Shown here in pieces: positions 9,597-19,662 of a stretch of DNA of 64,000 nucleotides. The DNA is from a virus. Its lineage: Duplodnaviria; Heunggongvirae; Uroviricota; Caudoviricetes. The stretch covers positions 1 to 64,000 of IMG/VR virus record IMGVR_UViG_3300037461_001229. One strand, given 5' to 3'. Under the pieces are notes generated by a model, which searched no databases, was not told the origin of the DNA, and saw nothing but the letters and a program-made list of their open reading frames with translations. The stretch's first letter is position 1. The number at the start of each line of letters is the position of its first letter. The translations under genes were made by a program, and so were the position numbers.

Positions 9597-10550
9597 TCAT
9601 TTATATTGTTTTACGATTTCAGTAAACGATTTTTCAGCGATATTTTTAGATATGCCTTCAAGAAGATTGATCTGTCCTGAAACAATAGTAATAATATCTT
9701 CTCTCTTGTCGGCCTCGATCTTAGCTAGTTCAACCAGGTACGGGAGCTTCTTGATATTTTTACTATCAGTCTGATCCTGCAGGTTATAGGTGGGTACCTT
9801 GCGCCACGCCTTCGGGCTCCAGTTAAACGTGCGCTCTACCGGGGTATCAGGAAAATGAACCTTCCACATCTCAAGGTAAGCCCCAAGCTGTACCTCGTGA
9901 CTTTCATAAAAGCCTTTGCGTCCCGATTTCAGGTCAACCACAGCCCGTATCCTCTTCTTATTGAAGTCCATCTCACAGACCAAGTCCAATGCCCCGGCAT
10001 AGCCATCAGTAGGATGGTAGAGGCATATCTCTATAGCCAGCGGCTTGACATTCCGGTCTATAATAAACTGAGCAAAGGCCAGCACATCTTTCTTAAGCTC
10101 ATCCTCCCATCCTTTCTCTGCAGTGACCTTTTCTTTCGTCAGAAATATAGCAAGTTTTTCTGACAGTTTATCGAGATCATACCGGCCATGGATGAGTAGC
10201 TCCGCACATTGCTCGTGGAGAAAGGTGCCATAGGCTGCCCGCGATAGTGCCTCATCCTTGCCAGCATCACCGCCCTTGCTTATCATCCATTTGATCAGGT
10301 GGGGGCTAGTAGGGAGGGTATTCTTGATCAGTGTCGTGACCGAGGTATAAAACACCGGCTCTCCCTTCTCAAAGCGGTAGTAATACCTGTTTGATGGACT
10401 ATCCATCCGGTAGAGTGGCTCTGGCTGGTGCAGTAGTGACTGCAGGTCAAAAAACATCGGGTTGAGTTTCTCGATAGTAGTATCAGGAGCTACGTCCATA
10501 ACCCCGCCAGAGATCACGTCTGATAATTTATATTGCTTCTTTTTTGCCAT
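9597..10550 (-). CDS. PD-(D/E)XK family exonuclease (YqaJ/lambda-Exo/Cas4-like recombination nuclease)
   Basis: motifs DLVCEMD ... VVDLKSG ... QLGAYLEMW give the D...(D/E)-L-K ... Q..Y arrangement of this nuclease fold. Confidence 0.65.
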   Translation of the reverse strand: MAKKKQYKLSDVISGGVMDVAPDTTIEKLNPMFFDLQSLLHQPEPLYRMDSPSNRYYYRFEKGEPVFYTSVTTLIKNTLPTSPHLIKWMISKGGDAGKDEALSRAAYGTFLHEQCAELLIHGRYDLDKLSEKLAIFLTKEKVTAEKGWEDELKKDVLAFAQFIIDRNVKPLAIEICLYHPTDGYAGALDLVCEMDFNKKRIRAVVDLKSGRKGFYESHEVQLGAYLEMWKVHFPDTPVERTFNWSPKAWRKVPTYNLQDQTDSKNIKKLPYLVELAKIEADKREDIITIVSGQINLLEGISKNIAEKSFTEIVKQYK

Positions 10551-11346
10551 TTCTTTTAAGTATTAGTGAAATTCTTCTTCTCTGAACCACAAAGTATAAT
10601 TTATCGTCATTAAAAACACTGGTAAACTTATTTCTCTCAAGGTAGTAAAGAGGTGATTGGGGATCAAACTGAACCAGATCACCGACCTGGATATCGGCAA
10701 TGTCAGTATATTGCTCACGGATATATCTCTTGACGGGCTCACCGATAAAACGCACTATCCCCCGGCTCTTGTCGATCTTATCCTGTGAAATGACATCGAG
10801 GGCACTGACGTTCTCCAGATAGACAGGCTCGCAAAGGATAAAGCCATTAAGCATGATAACAATAGTCTCCTTTTTCTGAGTCCATTTATCAACCCATATC
10901 TCTCTTTTGGCACAGTAACAATCCTGGTAGGGGATGCTCTTATAGACTTTACTTTCACATTCAATCTCAACGGCATTTTTACTCTCGAGCGCGCTAAAGA
11001 ACACAATATCATCTTCCCCTATTTCCATATCACATTCCCATGGCATACCATTCTCATCATCGGGATTAAAGTAGAGTCTCTCGGGCACCCGTACTACCTT
11101 GCCATATACCTGTGCGGTATCGGCGGCATGTTCCCCGTGTTCAAAGGTCTCGTCCGACCTGAAACCGGTAATAATCCCAGCCCTGGTGCGCTGCTCCTCA
11201 TCAGAACGAAGAGGCATCTCCACAAGGATATGGTTTGCTGGGATGAAAGAACTATCAAGCTCCTTCCTGGTTATCTCCTGTCTGTATCTCTTTGGCATGT
11301 TTATCTCTTCTGAATATTTCAACATCCGGGGTAAAGGCAAATTCAT
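10528..11346 (-). CDS. hypothetical protein (possible recombination partner of the exonuclease)
   Basis: 272-aa ORF immediately upstream of exonuclease; no motif recognised. Confidence 0.3.
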   Translation of the reverse strand: MNLPLPRMLKYSEEINMPKRYRQEITRKELDSSFIPANHILVEMPLRSDEEQRTRAGIITGFRSDETFEHGEHAADTAQVYGKVVRVPERLYFNPDDENGMPWECDMEIGEDDIVFFSALESKNAVEIECESKVYKSIPYQDCYCAKREIWVDKWTQKKETIVIMLNGFILCEPVYLENVSALDVISQDKIDKSRGIVRFIGEPVKRYIREQYTDIADIQVGDLVQFDPQSPLYYLERNKFTSVFNDDKLYFVVQRRRISLILKRNGKKEAI

Positions 11347-11520
11347 GTCTTATACCCAATTCCTTGAATTCTACAATGACCCGCTCATCCTTAATGGTGA
11401 TCTTTTGCGGGGTAAGCATCTCTCCATCAACCCATCCAGGGCAGTCAAGGGTGTACATCGTACCGCTGGGGACGCCCTCGGCAGTGAGGTACTTATTGAA
11501 CTTAACTTTATAAATCTCTT

Positions 11521-12210
11521 TCATATCTTAGCTAATAATTGCTTCTCTTCCTCTCCAAGTATCCCGTAGAATATCTCCGGGTCTACCATAGGACGTGTCT
11601 TCCCTAATGCCGACCAATGGTTAATATTAAGGCTGGTCTTAACATCAACACATACCCCATCTACCACTGCCTTTGTAGTCACATGGGGTTTAATGGCATT
11701 GCTCATAATGGCATCTATTCCCCAGTTCTTGTCTATCGGACTGACATGCCACTTAATAGGATCAAGTGCACTATGATGGATGGCCTTAGCCACGCCAAGT
11801 ATCTGTTTACTCTGCAGCCTGGCCAGCTTTCCCTTATACATGCCTTCCGCACTATAGAAATAGATAGTATTAATCCCAATAAGTGAGACACCTCTCTCCA
11901 TTTGCTCCACTATAGCCCGCAATAGCTCTGTGGAAATAATATCATCCGACCCAAGGATAATCACATAATCCACACCAATACTCCTGAAATACCCAAAGGC
12001 CCTGTTCCATTTACGGCTAATTGGCTTATTAGGTTCGGTGAAATGCTCTATGTAGTATTTATTACACATTGGCTTGTCAGATTCTTCACTTACGCAGGCT
12101 ACCGGTATATAAGTATTGAGGTCATATCTTAGTCTTTTTATTGAGGCACAAAAGAGCTCGAACACTCTTGGCCGGCCATAGTTGATTGTGGCTATGCCAA
12201 AATTTACCAT
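11521..12210 (-). CDS. glycosyltransferase family 2-like protein
   Basis: N-terminal IATINYGRP Rossmann-like start and DYVIILGSDD acidic motif. Confidence 0.55.
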   Translation of the reverse strand: MVNFGIATINYGRPRVFELFCASIKRLRYDLNTYIPVACVSEESDKPMCNKYYIEHFTEPNKPISRKWNRAFGYFRSIGVDYVIILGSDDIISTELLRAIVEQMERGVSLIGINTIYFYSAEGMYKGKLARLQSKQILGVAKAIHHSALDPIKWHVSPIDKNWGIDAIMSNAIKPHVTTKAVVDGVCVDVKTSLNINHWSALGKTRPMVDPEIFYGILGEEEKQLLAKI

Positions 12211-12211
12211 A

Positions 12212-12487
12212 CTATTTCTTTACGACTGGCGGATTGGGATTAGCTACGGGGATACATTCCGCCCTGTAGAAATAATTATTACCAGCGGGATAATCACGGC
12301 TATCTCTTCTTTCAATCACCTTACAGACCTCAAGGATATCGTACCTCTCGTTTACCAAGAAGTTTATGGTATCACCTATCTCAAGTGGCTCCCTGGTCTC
12401 TCCAGAGATTAAAATTCTTCCTCCTTTTTCAAGCTTAGGCCATGTAAGCATATTAAAGGTCTCGTTACGTACATAATTATGTTCCAT
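12212..12487 (-). CDS. hypothetical protein
   Basis: 91-aa ORF. Confidence 0.25.
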   Translation of the reverse strand: MEHNYVRNETFNMLTWPKLEKGGRILISGETREPLEIGDTINFLVNERYDILEVCKVIERRDSRDYPAGNNYFYRAECIPVANPNPPVVKK

Positions 12488-12495
12488 GATATTTA

Positions 12496-12735
12496 CTATT
12501 TACCAAATTTATCAGTATGCCAAATATAATACCCGTGTTCTTTAACCAGGTAGTCTATCTTTCCCCATGAGCCATTACCCAAGTCCCATGATTTATTAGG
12601 GTTCAGGACGGTCTCGCCCTCCTTGGTAAGGACCTTATCCTTTAAAACCGCTACGGTTTTCCCAGAGACTCTCACGTCTCTCTTATATCTGAGTGCTCTC
12701 AGCACTTCTTCCTCTGAATGTCGTTTACGTGCCAT
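12496..12735 (-). CDS. hypothetical protein
   Basis: 79-aa basic ORF. Confidence 0.25.
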   Translation of the reverse strand: MARKRHSEEEVLRALRYKRDVRVSGKTVAVLKDKVLTKEGETVLNPNKSWDLGNGSWGKIDYLVKEHGYYIWHTDKFGK

Positions 12736-12797
12736 GTGATTTATTTAAAGTTAAACTTAACACGTCAAATGTAAAACAAGAAATCGAGATTTCCAAA

Positions 12798-13457
12798 TTA
12801 TTTGATAACTTTTTTTAATAAAAGATTATGAATACTATAATCTCTGGTGGTCTGCCAGATAGTAGAACCCTGTGGATGGGTATAGGTGAGGATATCTTTG
12901 GGGTGCGCCAGAACTGTCATGGGAATACCACGCTGCAGACAGTAGGTACTAAGCAGGATATCTGCCATGTTCTTATATTGACAATCAGAGAACCTGAAGC
13001 CAACTTTATTCGTATCAAAAGCGCACACTCCCGTTCCCACCACATCAACCCGGGTATCGGTCCCATTAGCGTTAAGGCAGTGGATGCTCCTAGACCATGA
13101 CTTATAGCCCATGAAGGGTCTTCTCATAACCTTCCCATGTAGGGAGACCACACCGCCATGGCGCCTAAGCCCATCAACCATAAGCTGTGTATAATTAGGC
13201 GAGTACTGAAGATCGTCATCACAAATAAGAGCAATACCGTCAGCCTTATCAAGAAACATAAACTTATGGGCATCACCAAGGCGGTTGTCGGAGATTACAT
13301 ATTCTACGTTACGTATACCCTGTAACCATCCGGGAACCCCGCTATAGTTGTTAAGCGCTATATAAATACTATCTACCTGGCTTGCCAAGGATTCTACGGT
13401 AGCTCTCAGGCTTCCTTCCCTTTCTGGCAAACTCGCCATATGTGCTGATATTCTCAT
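12798..13457 (-). CDS. glycosyltransferase-like protein
   Basis: LICDDDLQY acidic motif in Rossmann-like context; start overlaps the upstream ORF, so the true start is probably an internal Met. Confidence 0.4.
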   Translation of the reverse strand: MRISAHMASLPEREGSLRATVESLASQVDSIYIALNNYSGVPGWLQGIRNVEYVISDNRLGDAHKFMFLDKADGIALICDDDLQYSPNYTQLMVDGLRRHGGVVSLHGKVMRRPFMGYKSWSRSIHCLNANGTDTRVDVVGTGVCAFDTNKVGFRFSDCQYKNMADILLSTYCLQRGIPMTVLAHPKDILTYTHPQGSTIWQTTRDYSIHNLLLKKVIK

Positions 13458-14073
13458 TATTATGCATCTGACTTATTGCGTGCTCTTCCTGTGGATAGAC
13501 TAAGCTTTCCTTGACCTGGTAAAGGCTGAACTTACTATAGTGGAATCTCCTACTGATTAATGCCCCTACGCCACTCCCGGTAGCGGTAGCTATGGAACCC
13601 CTTGCCGTATGGCGGTTAGAATAGAAGAATATCTTAAAGAACTTTTCCTCGGCTAAGAAACACATATCCACCCATTGTGTCTGCCATATACTACCACAAT
13701 CTGCCGGCTTGAAATTAGTCCAGCATTTCATCCCTATCCTGTCGGCATAGAGGTTAAGACATATCTTTTGCGGGTCATTAATTTCATGCCATAGCCTTAA
13801 ACCCAATCGGGTAGCGTCAGGCATTAACATGAAATCATCCGGTAGCATGAAGTAATAATCAGCCTTGCCACGATTCCCCCATAATGCCTCTACCACCCGC
13901 AAATATCCAGTCCTTCCGTAATGGATGGGGAGATTGATAAACTTACAGCCGGTTATGATATAATCAACCTTATCACCCACAACGACTATATTGCCTAGTC
14001 CCTGAAGTGAGTCTACAAGCCGCTGACAGGATTCCCGTCTATTATAGGTAGTTATCAAGAATGTTATATCCAT
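13369..14073 (-). CDS. glycosyltransferase family 2-like protein
   Basis: FLITTYNRRESCQRLVDSL start and LPDDFML motif. Confidence 0.5.
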   Translation of the reverse strand: MDITFLITTYNRRESCQRLVDSLQGLGNIVVVGDKVDYIITGCKFINLPIHYGRTGYLRVVEALWGNRGKADYYFMLPDDFMLMPDATRLGLRLWHEINDPQKICLNLYADRIGMKCWTNFKPADCGSIWQTQWVDMCFLAEEKFFKIFFYSNRHTARGSIATATGSGVGALISRRFHYSKFSLYQVKESLVYPQEEHAISQMHNNENISTYGEFARKGRKPESYRRILGKPGR

Positions 14074-14702
14074 GTCTTTATATCTATTGACGAGATGCCG
14101 TACTCTCTCATTAATCGTTTTCTCTCAACAGAGGGATATATCCTTTGCGAAGAAAGGGTTTTATACAGCATACCGCCCCCCACTGGACGAGTATGCTTAA
14201 CGGCAATGTTATTTATCACAGCCATCTTCTCTCCAGAGCCAATTTTACTCCATACCAAATCTAGTCCCCATCCCGATACGGACTTATTGAATAACGACAA
14301 GCACTTTCTTAATGCAGAATTAGAGAAACACGGACACATTATCTCCACAAAATTAGTCATAATAATATCCGGGCCATCACTATGAGCCAGTTGTTTCCAT
14401 GACGGGAATGAATCAGGCGTGTCTGCAATAGAGGGCTGCCCCAGCCAGATATTAAATTTATTCATGGATGCAAACAAGTCATCTATCATATCCGGGGTTG
14501 CCCATATGTCTTCATCTGGCATCCAATAATAATCATAATTAAGCAGATGTGGATTATTAGTAATAGTATTAAATATCCCAGGATACTTGAATGTATTAAT
14601 TATTCTGTAATCTATAGGGTAAAGATCATAGCTATGAGTACCTTCAGCCCATAGAGAATAGTGATTATATTCACCAATAGTGGTTATAATCAGGTTTCTC
14701 AT
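14064..14702 (-). CDS. hypothetical glycan-cluster protein
   Basis: 212-aa ORF embedded between glycosyltransferases. Confidence 0.3.
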   Translation of the reverse strand: MRNLIITTIGEYNHYSLWAEGTHSYDLYPIDYRIINTFKYPGIFNTITNNPHLLNYDYYWMPDEDIWATPDMIDDLFASMNKFNIWLGQPSIADTPDSFPSWKQLAHSDGPDIIMTNFVEIMCPCFSNSALRKCLSLFNKSVSGWGLDLVWSKIGSGEKMAVINNIAVKHTRPVGGGMLYKTLSSQRIYPSVERKRLMREYGISSIDIKTWI

Positions 14703-15286
14703 TAATTATGTACAAATAACGGCTTGGGGATATATTCTACTTTTAACTTATGAGTTCTGCAATATTGAGCACACGCACAAGCATAATAACCATCCCCGTT
14801 AAAAGCAAAATTATTAAAGCCTACTTTTTTAGCTACATCTGCCCTTACGGCAAAAGAACCCACATCTATCCGATCTACCTTAACTTCTGTCTTAAGCACA
14901 TTGTATAAGAAATGGCTATGCACTGTATCAAAGTATACCATACCAACATCTGGCTTGCACCTTGTAAGTATCTCTATCGCCAGTATAGGAACATAATAAT
15001 TATCGTCATTAGTAAGTATGATAAACTCCTCTTTACTACCCGATAACTCTGATAAGAATATTTTCCTGTTTGGATGTCCGTACTGGCCATATCGCTCGGG
15101 AGATTCCCTGAATTGAATACGGGGATCATCATATAAAGAAACTGTCTTGAGTACATCTGCACTTGCATTGCCGTCATGGATAATAATTAACTCCCAGTTC
15201 GGCACTGTCTGCATTAAAAAACAATCCAGCAAAATCCTCATTGATATTGGACGCTCATAGGCGACGCTCATTACCTTAATTTTCAT
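14702..15286 (-). CDS. glycosyltransferase family 2
   Basis: VMSVAYERPISMRILLDCFLMQT ... IIIHDGNASADV ... ILTNDDNYY (DXD-type). Confidence 0.65.
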   Translation of the reverse strand: MKIKVMSVAYERPISMRILLDCFLMQTVPNWELIIIHDGNASADVLKTVSLYDDPRIQFRESPERYGQYGHPNRKIFLSELSGSKEEFIILTNDDNYYVPILAIEILTRCKPDVGMVYFDTVHSHFLYNVLKTEVKVDRIDVGSFAVRADVAKKVGFNNFAFNGDGYYACACAQYCRTHKLKVEYIPKPLFVHN

Positions 15287-15300
15287 AAAAAATATTTATA

Positions 15301-15990
15301 TTAACCATCCATTCTTAATCCATAAGTACTTCTCCTGCCGCCGGTATGCATAGCATAATCATCGGTAAGGCTTACCGCCAGTAATCCCAGGGCATGATAC
15401 GCCAGTCCTATCCGGCACTCTCTTATAGTTATAAACTCATCCGGGGTTGAATACTGGGTATATGGTCTCACCAGATCATAGGCGCTCTTACGGATCATCC
15501 CACATTGAAAGCCAAACCCAAACCAGAACTGGTTACCCCATGCATCCTGGTCCATAGAATATACTGCGGGTAATTTATATTTAACATCCCCGGCTATATA
15601 TTCTACCTTTCCAAAGGATTTTCTATGTGTAAAGCCCCTTATACCAACCCTGAATATTTTAGGATCATGCTCCATGACTGAAATACATCTTTCTATAAAT
15701 CCCGGTTTAATATAGTCAAAATCATCTTCTGAATGAAAGATATATGGCGTGGTAACCCTGGTATATGCCTTGTCGATACTCTCCACTAGCCCTATATTCT
15801 TTTCATTAATAATAAGATTATATTTTGAGTATAATCTAACCATGGAATTATGCATCTTCTTACTACCCGAATCATCTATAATGATCGTATCATTCACTGG
15901 ATATGTATTGACCTTATTAAAACTACTTACTGTACGGTGGAGTAAGTCGGGGCGATTAAATGATGTTATGACTAAAGAAACCTCGCTCAT
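15301..15990 (-). CDS. glycosyltransferase family 2
   Basis: VSLVITSFNRPDLLHRTVSSF ... IIIDDSGS ... FHSEDDFD. Confidence 0.65.
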   Translation of the reverse strand: MSEVSLVITSFNRPDLLHRTVSSFNKVNTYPVNDTIIIDDSGSKKMHNSMVRLYSKYNLIINEKNIGLVESIDKAYTRVTTPYIFHSEDDFDYIKPGFIERCISVMEHDPKIFRVGIRGFTHRKSFGKVEYIAGDVKYKLPAVYSMDQDAWGNQFWFGFGFQCGMIRKSAYDLVRPYTQYSTPDEFITIRECRIGLAYHALGLLAVSLTDDYAMHTGGRRSTYGLRMDG

Positions 15991-17270
15991 TTACGTATGA
16001 TAAATAAGACACTATTTGGGTTATTGGATTGATTTCTAAGGTCTACTACCTCGTATGGATGCCCAAATCCCCTGACTTCATTAACAAGATCATCTATCCC
16101 CCCGACACTTTCTATTATCAACATCCCGCCCTCCTTGATAAAAGGATACATGGTGCCTATAAATGCAATCTGATTAGATAAGTTACTGGGGCGGCTATCA
16201 ATAGCTATATCTACAGGGAAATCCTCAAAATAAGCAGGGGTTAATATATTAAAGTCAACAATTTTAAAGCTAACCCTGTCTGAACTAAATCTTACCATAT
16301 CAGTATTACCAGTAGGGATATGCCGGTCTGCTGTATCAATATTTCTTATCTTAGCGTGCATAAAGTAATCTTCCCATAGTTTACAACTCCCGCCCTCCGG
16401 GCAACCAACCTGAAAAACATTTATCTCCCTGTCCTTGTAGGGCAAGAATATCTCATCATAATAACTCAGGTATGATGGGAATTCATCACTGGATGTCGGA
16501 TATATCCTATACTTACCATAATCCCACAACCTTGTCAGTCCCCACCTTACATTAGAAATAACAGGATCATAAATTATTGACCCATTCAGTACCCCATAAA
16601 ACCAGTCCATTGGTCTCTGGGGCACATTAACATAACCTGTTCCCCTGTTTCTTTTAAGCACCCATTCATCATAAGACCTGGTAAAGTAATGATTAATCTT
16701 ACATATCTTTCTGGGAGAGGAGGTTAGAGACCCAAGGAAGGACTCAAAAGCCTCATTAACAACGGGACGTGAGGAATAGACGAAGTGCGGATCATTCATG
16801 TTAGTGAAGTACTGCGTATTGGCTATGGTTTTAACATACTGCTTATCTGGGGTATCTACCGTCCTCCATAGATAATTATCCCTTACCAGTCCCTCGGGCT
16901 TATTGATATGACCTGAACTTCCGTACATAGACCACGGTATGCCAAGGCCGCCAAACTGCTCATAACCCACCAATAAATCTCTTACATCTTTATGATGAAG
17001 CAATACAAGAAACTCATCAACATCACAGGTCATCATCCAGAATGGCTTAAAATCACGGAAGGTAGACAGATGAAGGTATTCCTTAAATGGGAGATCAACA
17101 TCTATTCTTTTAACTATTACCCTATCACCCCATTTTGCCTCAACCGGGATAGTGCTTTTATGATCATAGATAAGCACCCTCTCAAATCCTATAGACATAT
17201 GATAATCCACCCACTCGTCTATATAACTATTGTCATCCCTGACCATAGTTGCTATCATTGTATATGTCAT
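15987..17270 (-). CDS. two-domain glycosyltransferase-like protein (GT-A-like N-terminus plus unassigned C-terminal domain)
   Basis: N-terminal MIATMVRDDNSYIDEWVDYHMSIGFERVLIYDHKS resembles GT92/GT-A nucleotide-sugar binding starts; C-terminal 150 aa unassigned. Confidence 0.35.
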   Translation of the reverse strand: MTYTMIATMVRDDNSYIDEWVDYHMSIGFERVLIYDHKSTIPVEAKWGDRVIVKRIDVDLPFKEYLHLSTFRDFKPFWMMTCDVDEFLVLLHHKDVRDLLVGYEQFGGLGIPWSMYGSSGHINKPEGLVRDNYLWRTVDTPDKQYVKTIANTQYFTNMNDPHFVYSSRPVVNEAFESFLGSLTSSPRKICKINHYFTRSYDEWVLKRNRGTGYVNVPQRPMDWFYGVLNGSIIYDPVISNVRWGLTRLWDYGKYRIYPTSSDEFPSYLSYYDEIFLPYKDREINVFQVGCPEGGSCKLWEDYFMHAKIRNIDTADRHIPTGNTDMVRFSSDRVSFKIVDFNILTPAYFEDFPVDIAIDSRPSNLSNQIAFIGTMYPFIKEGGMLIIESVGGIDDLVNEVRGFGHPYEVVDLRNQSNNPNSVLFIIRK

Positions 17271-17275
17271 ATCCC

Positions 17276-18187
17276 CTATATTTTCCTTACTGCGTGGCCA
17301 AACCCCGTTTTACCAAACTGATTGCCATTATATAACATATGATAATGGCCATTATACTTAAGCACCGATGCATATTCGATCATCTCAGAGTCCCAGCCCT
17401 CGTCCGATGTAGATATATCTATTGGTTCTCTTCTGAAATTCTCTCCATTATTAGATTCGGCATATCCCAGCATATAGTGCTGTCCATTCTTATCCCTATA
17501 ACCCTCCGGGCCTCTTACAGAGTACCACATCTTATACACGCCTCCGTCTTTTATAACCCACGGCCTGGCAAATGACTCCCCTTGATATTTAGATTTAAAA
17601 CAAGGCTTGGCTACCGGAGTCCAGTTTATCCCATCATATGAATAGGCCGTCTTTATTACAAAGGTGGGCTCCATCCTTCCGTTATACATCTCCCAGCTTG
17701 TAAATGAAATAAACCACATGCGGAACGTGTCATAATCATCTCGTATCACCATAGGCGCCGACACGCATATTGGATCATGTATCGACCGCTCCATAATGGG
17801 ACCATCAAACCTTTTCTCTACAACATCCCCATTTACCACGGCCAATCCTATGCTTAACGAATACGGCACCGATCCTCCCTTATTCCATCCGCAATAATAG
17901 AGATACTTGTAATTATCTGTATCTACTATGGATGTCATGGTTATGCCATTATCGTCAAAAGTCCCGGGAGCTCCTGGGGTAAATAATGGTTCCCTGTCTA
18001 CACTAAGAATATTAGATGGATTCCCGGCCTCTACGTCCATACGAAAAGGCAGGCTCACCACCTCCTTAGTCCTGGATGTAAAATATATTCTCCATACCTT
18101 ATCACTTATAATATCTATAAATGCATCCTGAGCATAGCCCGTCCCCAGGATGTCACAGGCGTATATTAATCCTTTTTTTTGCCACAT
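17276..18187 (-). CDS. 5-bladed beta-propeller glycosidase / glycoside phosphorylase-like protein (GH43/GH130-like)
   Basis: repeated W/Y..DG... blade-like segments (GTFDDNGITMTSIVD, IKDGGVYKMWYS, GYAESNNGENF). Confidence 0.45.
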   Translation of the reverse strand: MWQKKGLIYACDILGTGYAQDAFIDIISDKVWRIYFTSRTKEVVSLPFRMDVEAGNPSNILSVDREPLFTPGAPGTFDDNGITMTSIVDTDNYKYLYYCGWNKGGSVPYSLSIGLAVVNGDVVEKRFDGPIMERSIHDPICVSAPMVIRDDYDTFRMWFISFTSWEMYNGRMEPTFVIKTAYSYDGINWTPVAKPCFKSKYQGESFARPWVIKDGGVYKMWYSVRGPEGYRDKNGQHYMLGYAESNNGENFRREPIDISTSDEGWDSEMIEYASVLKYNGHYHMLYNGNQFGKTGFGHAVRKI

Positions 18188-18190
18188 ATA

Positions 18191-19138
18191 TTAAAAAATA
18201 AAGTCCTCCATATATCTTATTGCTTTCCTTCCTGTTAGTATAGACTTATCAGTCATCTGCGGGCGTATAAAATTAATAAAATAATCGATACTCATTTTTG
18301 CCTCATTATACATAAAGAGCGCCCTTATTGATGTTGCTGAAGATATTCGCGGATTTATCTCCAGCAGCTTAGGCATGCCGTCCTGCATCCTGAATTGGAA
18401 GTTGGTGGGACCAATGGGCTTGAATATCTTGGCTAGCTCGATTAAAACATTACCAAAATTCCTGTCCTCTACCTCTGCCTCCTGAGTAAATCCCTCTTTG
18501 GATAGTTTTCTTTTTAGTGGGAAATAATCTACCAAGCTGGATTTCTTATCGAAAAAACCAGATACCGTGTACTCCTCTTCTTCTGTTCCTATAATGGGCT
18601 GTATCATAAGATCGCATCCCCGTATCTTATCCTGATAAAACCCAAAGTCCTTTTCGTCTTTTATTTTTATTATCCCACGGGAACCATAACCATGCCTGGG
18701 TTTTAGGAGAAAGGGGAAGGGATAGGGACTATCTCTGGTTCCGATTACGGTTGGGATAGCGTATTGCGGGCTATTATCCATGAGTTTCTCATAGAAAGCC
18801 CACTTATCATAGCACAGGTCAATAAGCTCACTGTTATTCAAAAGGGGGAATGCTCTTGTAGATAGCAAAACATTTCTTGCTTTATTCCACTTATACATAT
18901 CACATTCTATGCTTGGTATTATCATATCAACATGGTATTTGTCTATGATAGTACATAACTGCTCTATATAACCAGGATGTTCGGTAGGAAGTATCTTCTC
19001 TACATAATCGCAGAATGCCGTAGCTATAGAGTAATCATATATTGTTGTCCCTATGAGAAGATGATCGGTATCAGCAAGAGATTTTAGTATACCATAACCC
19101 ACTACGCCCGACGCACCGGATACCAGAATTGTTCTCAT
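18191..19138 (-). CDS. ATP-grasp domain enzyme
   Basis: LLKPRHGYGSRGIIKIKD ... KLLEINPRISSATSI, the conserved ATP-grasp C-terminal motif (E-x-N-x-R). Confidence 0.65.
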   Translation of the reverse strand: MRTILVSGASGVVGYGILKSLADTDHLLIGTTIYDYSIATAFCDYVEKILPTEHPGYIEQLCTIIDKYHVDMIIPSIECDMYKWNKARNVLLSTRAFPLLNNSELIDLCYDKWAFYEKLMDNSPQYAIPTVIGTRDSPYPFPFLLKPRHGYGSRGIIKIKDEKDFGFYQDKIRGCDLMIQPIIGTEEEEYTVSGFFDKKSSLVDYFPLKRKLSKEGFTQEAEVEDRNFGNVLIELAKIFKPIGPTNFQFRMQDGMPKLLEINPRISSATSIRALFMYNEAKMSIDYFINFIRPQMTDKSILTGRKAIRYMEDFIF

Positions 19139-19662
19139 AATACAACATCTCCTTCCTGATAAAACAAGCTTCTATCGGAAAAATAAATAACCGGGTCATT
19201 GTCACGGATAGCCCCCCTTAACATCCTATAGGCATCCTGCGGAGATGTCGGGGTGACCACCTTTAGGCCGGAGATCATACGAAACATATCGTGGGGTCTA
19301 TCAGAATGCTGAGGACCCATACCTTCCATTTCTGCACACATTATCGTGACAGGCAGATCAATATTATGCATGGATCGCATTTTCGAAGCTACATTTACTA
19401 TCTGGTCCATTGCCATGTACAGGAAGTTAGCAACAGTCAGGTCTACAATGGGGCGTAATCCGGTCATAGACGCACCTATAGCCATGCCTACGATAGTATA
19501 CTCCATCAGGGGAACGTCTATTACCCTGGAGGGAAATTCTTCGTATAAGCCCCCCGTATATCCATAAAGATTATATCTTATGTCTTCCCCAAATAAGACA
19601 ACTGAATCGTCAGATTTTAACTCCTGGTATAATGCCTCTCTTATAGCTTCTCCGTATTTCAT
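19135..19662 (-). CDS. TPP-dependent dehydrogenase E1 beta subunit, N-terminal (pyrimidine-binding) domain only
   Basis: MKYGEAIREALYQELKSDDSVVLFGEDI ... typical E1-beta/transketolase Pyr-domain start; 175 aa, roughly half of a normal E1 beta; ATGA overlap with ATP-grasp gene. Confidence 0.6.
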   Translation of the reverse strand: MKYGEAIREALYQELKSDDSVVLFGEDIRYNLYGYTGGLYEEFPSRVIDVPLMEYTIVGMAIGASMTGLRPIVDLTVANFLYMAMDQIVNVASKMRSMHNIDLPVTIMCAEMEGMGPQHSDRPHDMFRMISGLKVVTPTSPQDAYRMLRGAIRDNDPVIYFSDRSLFYQEGDVVL

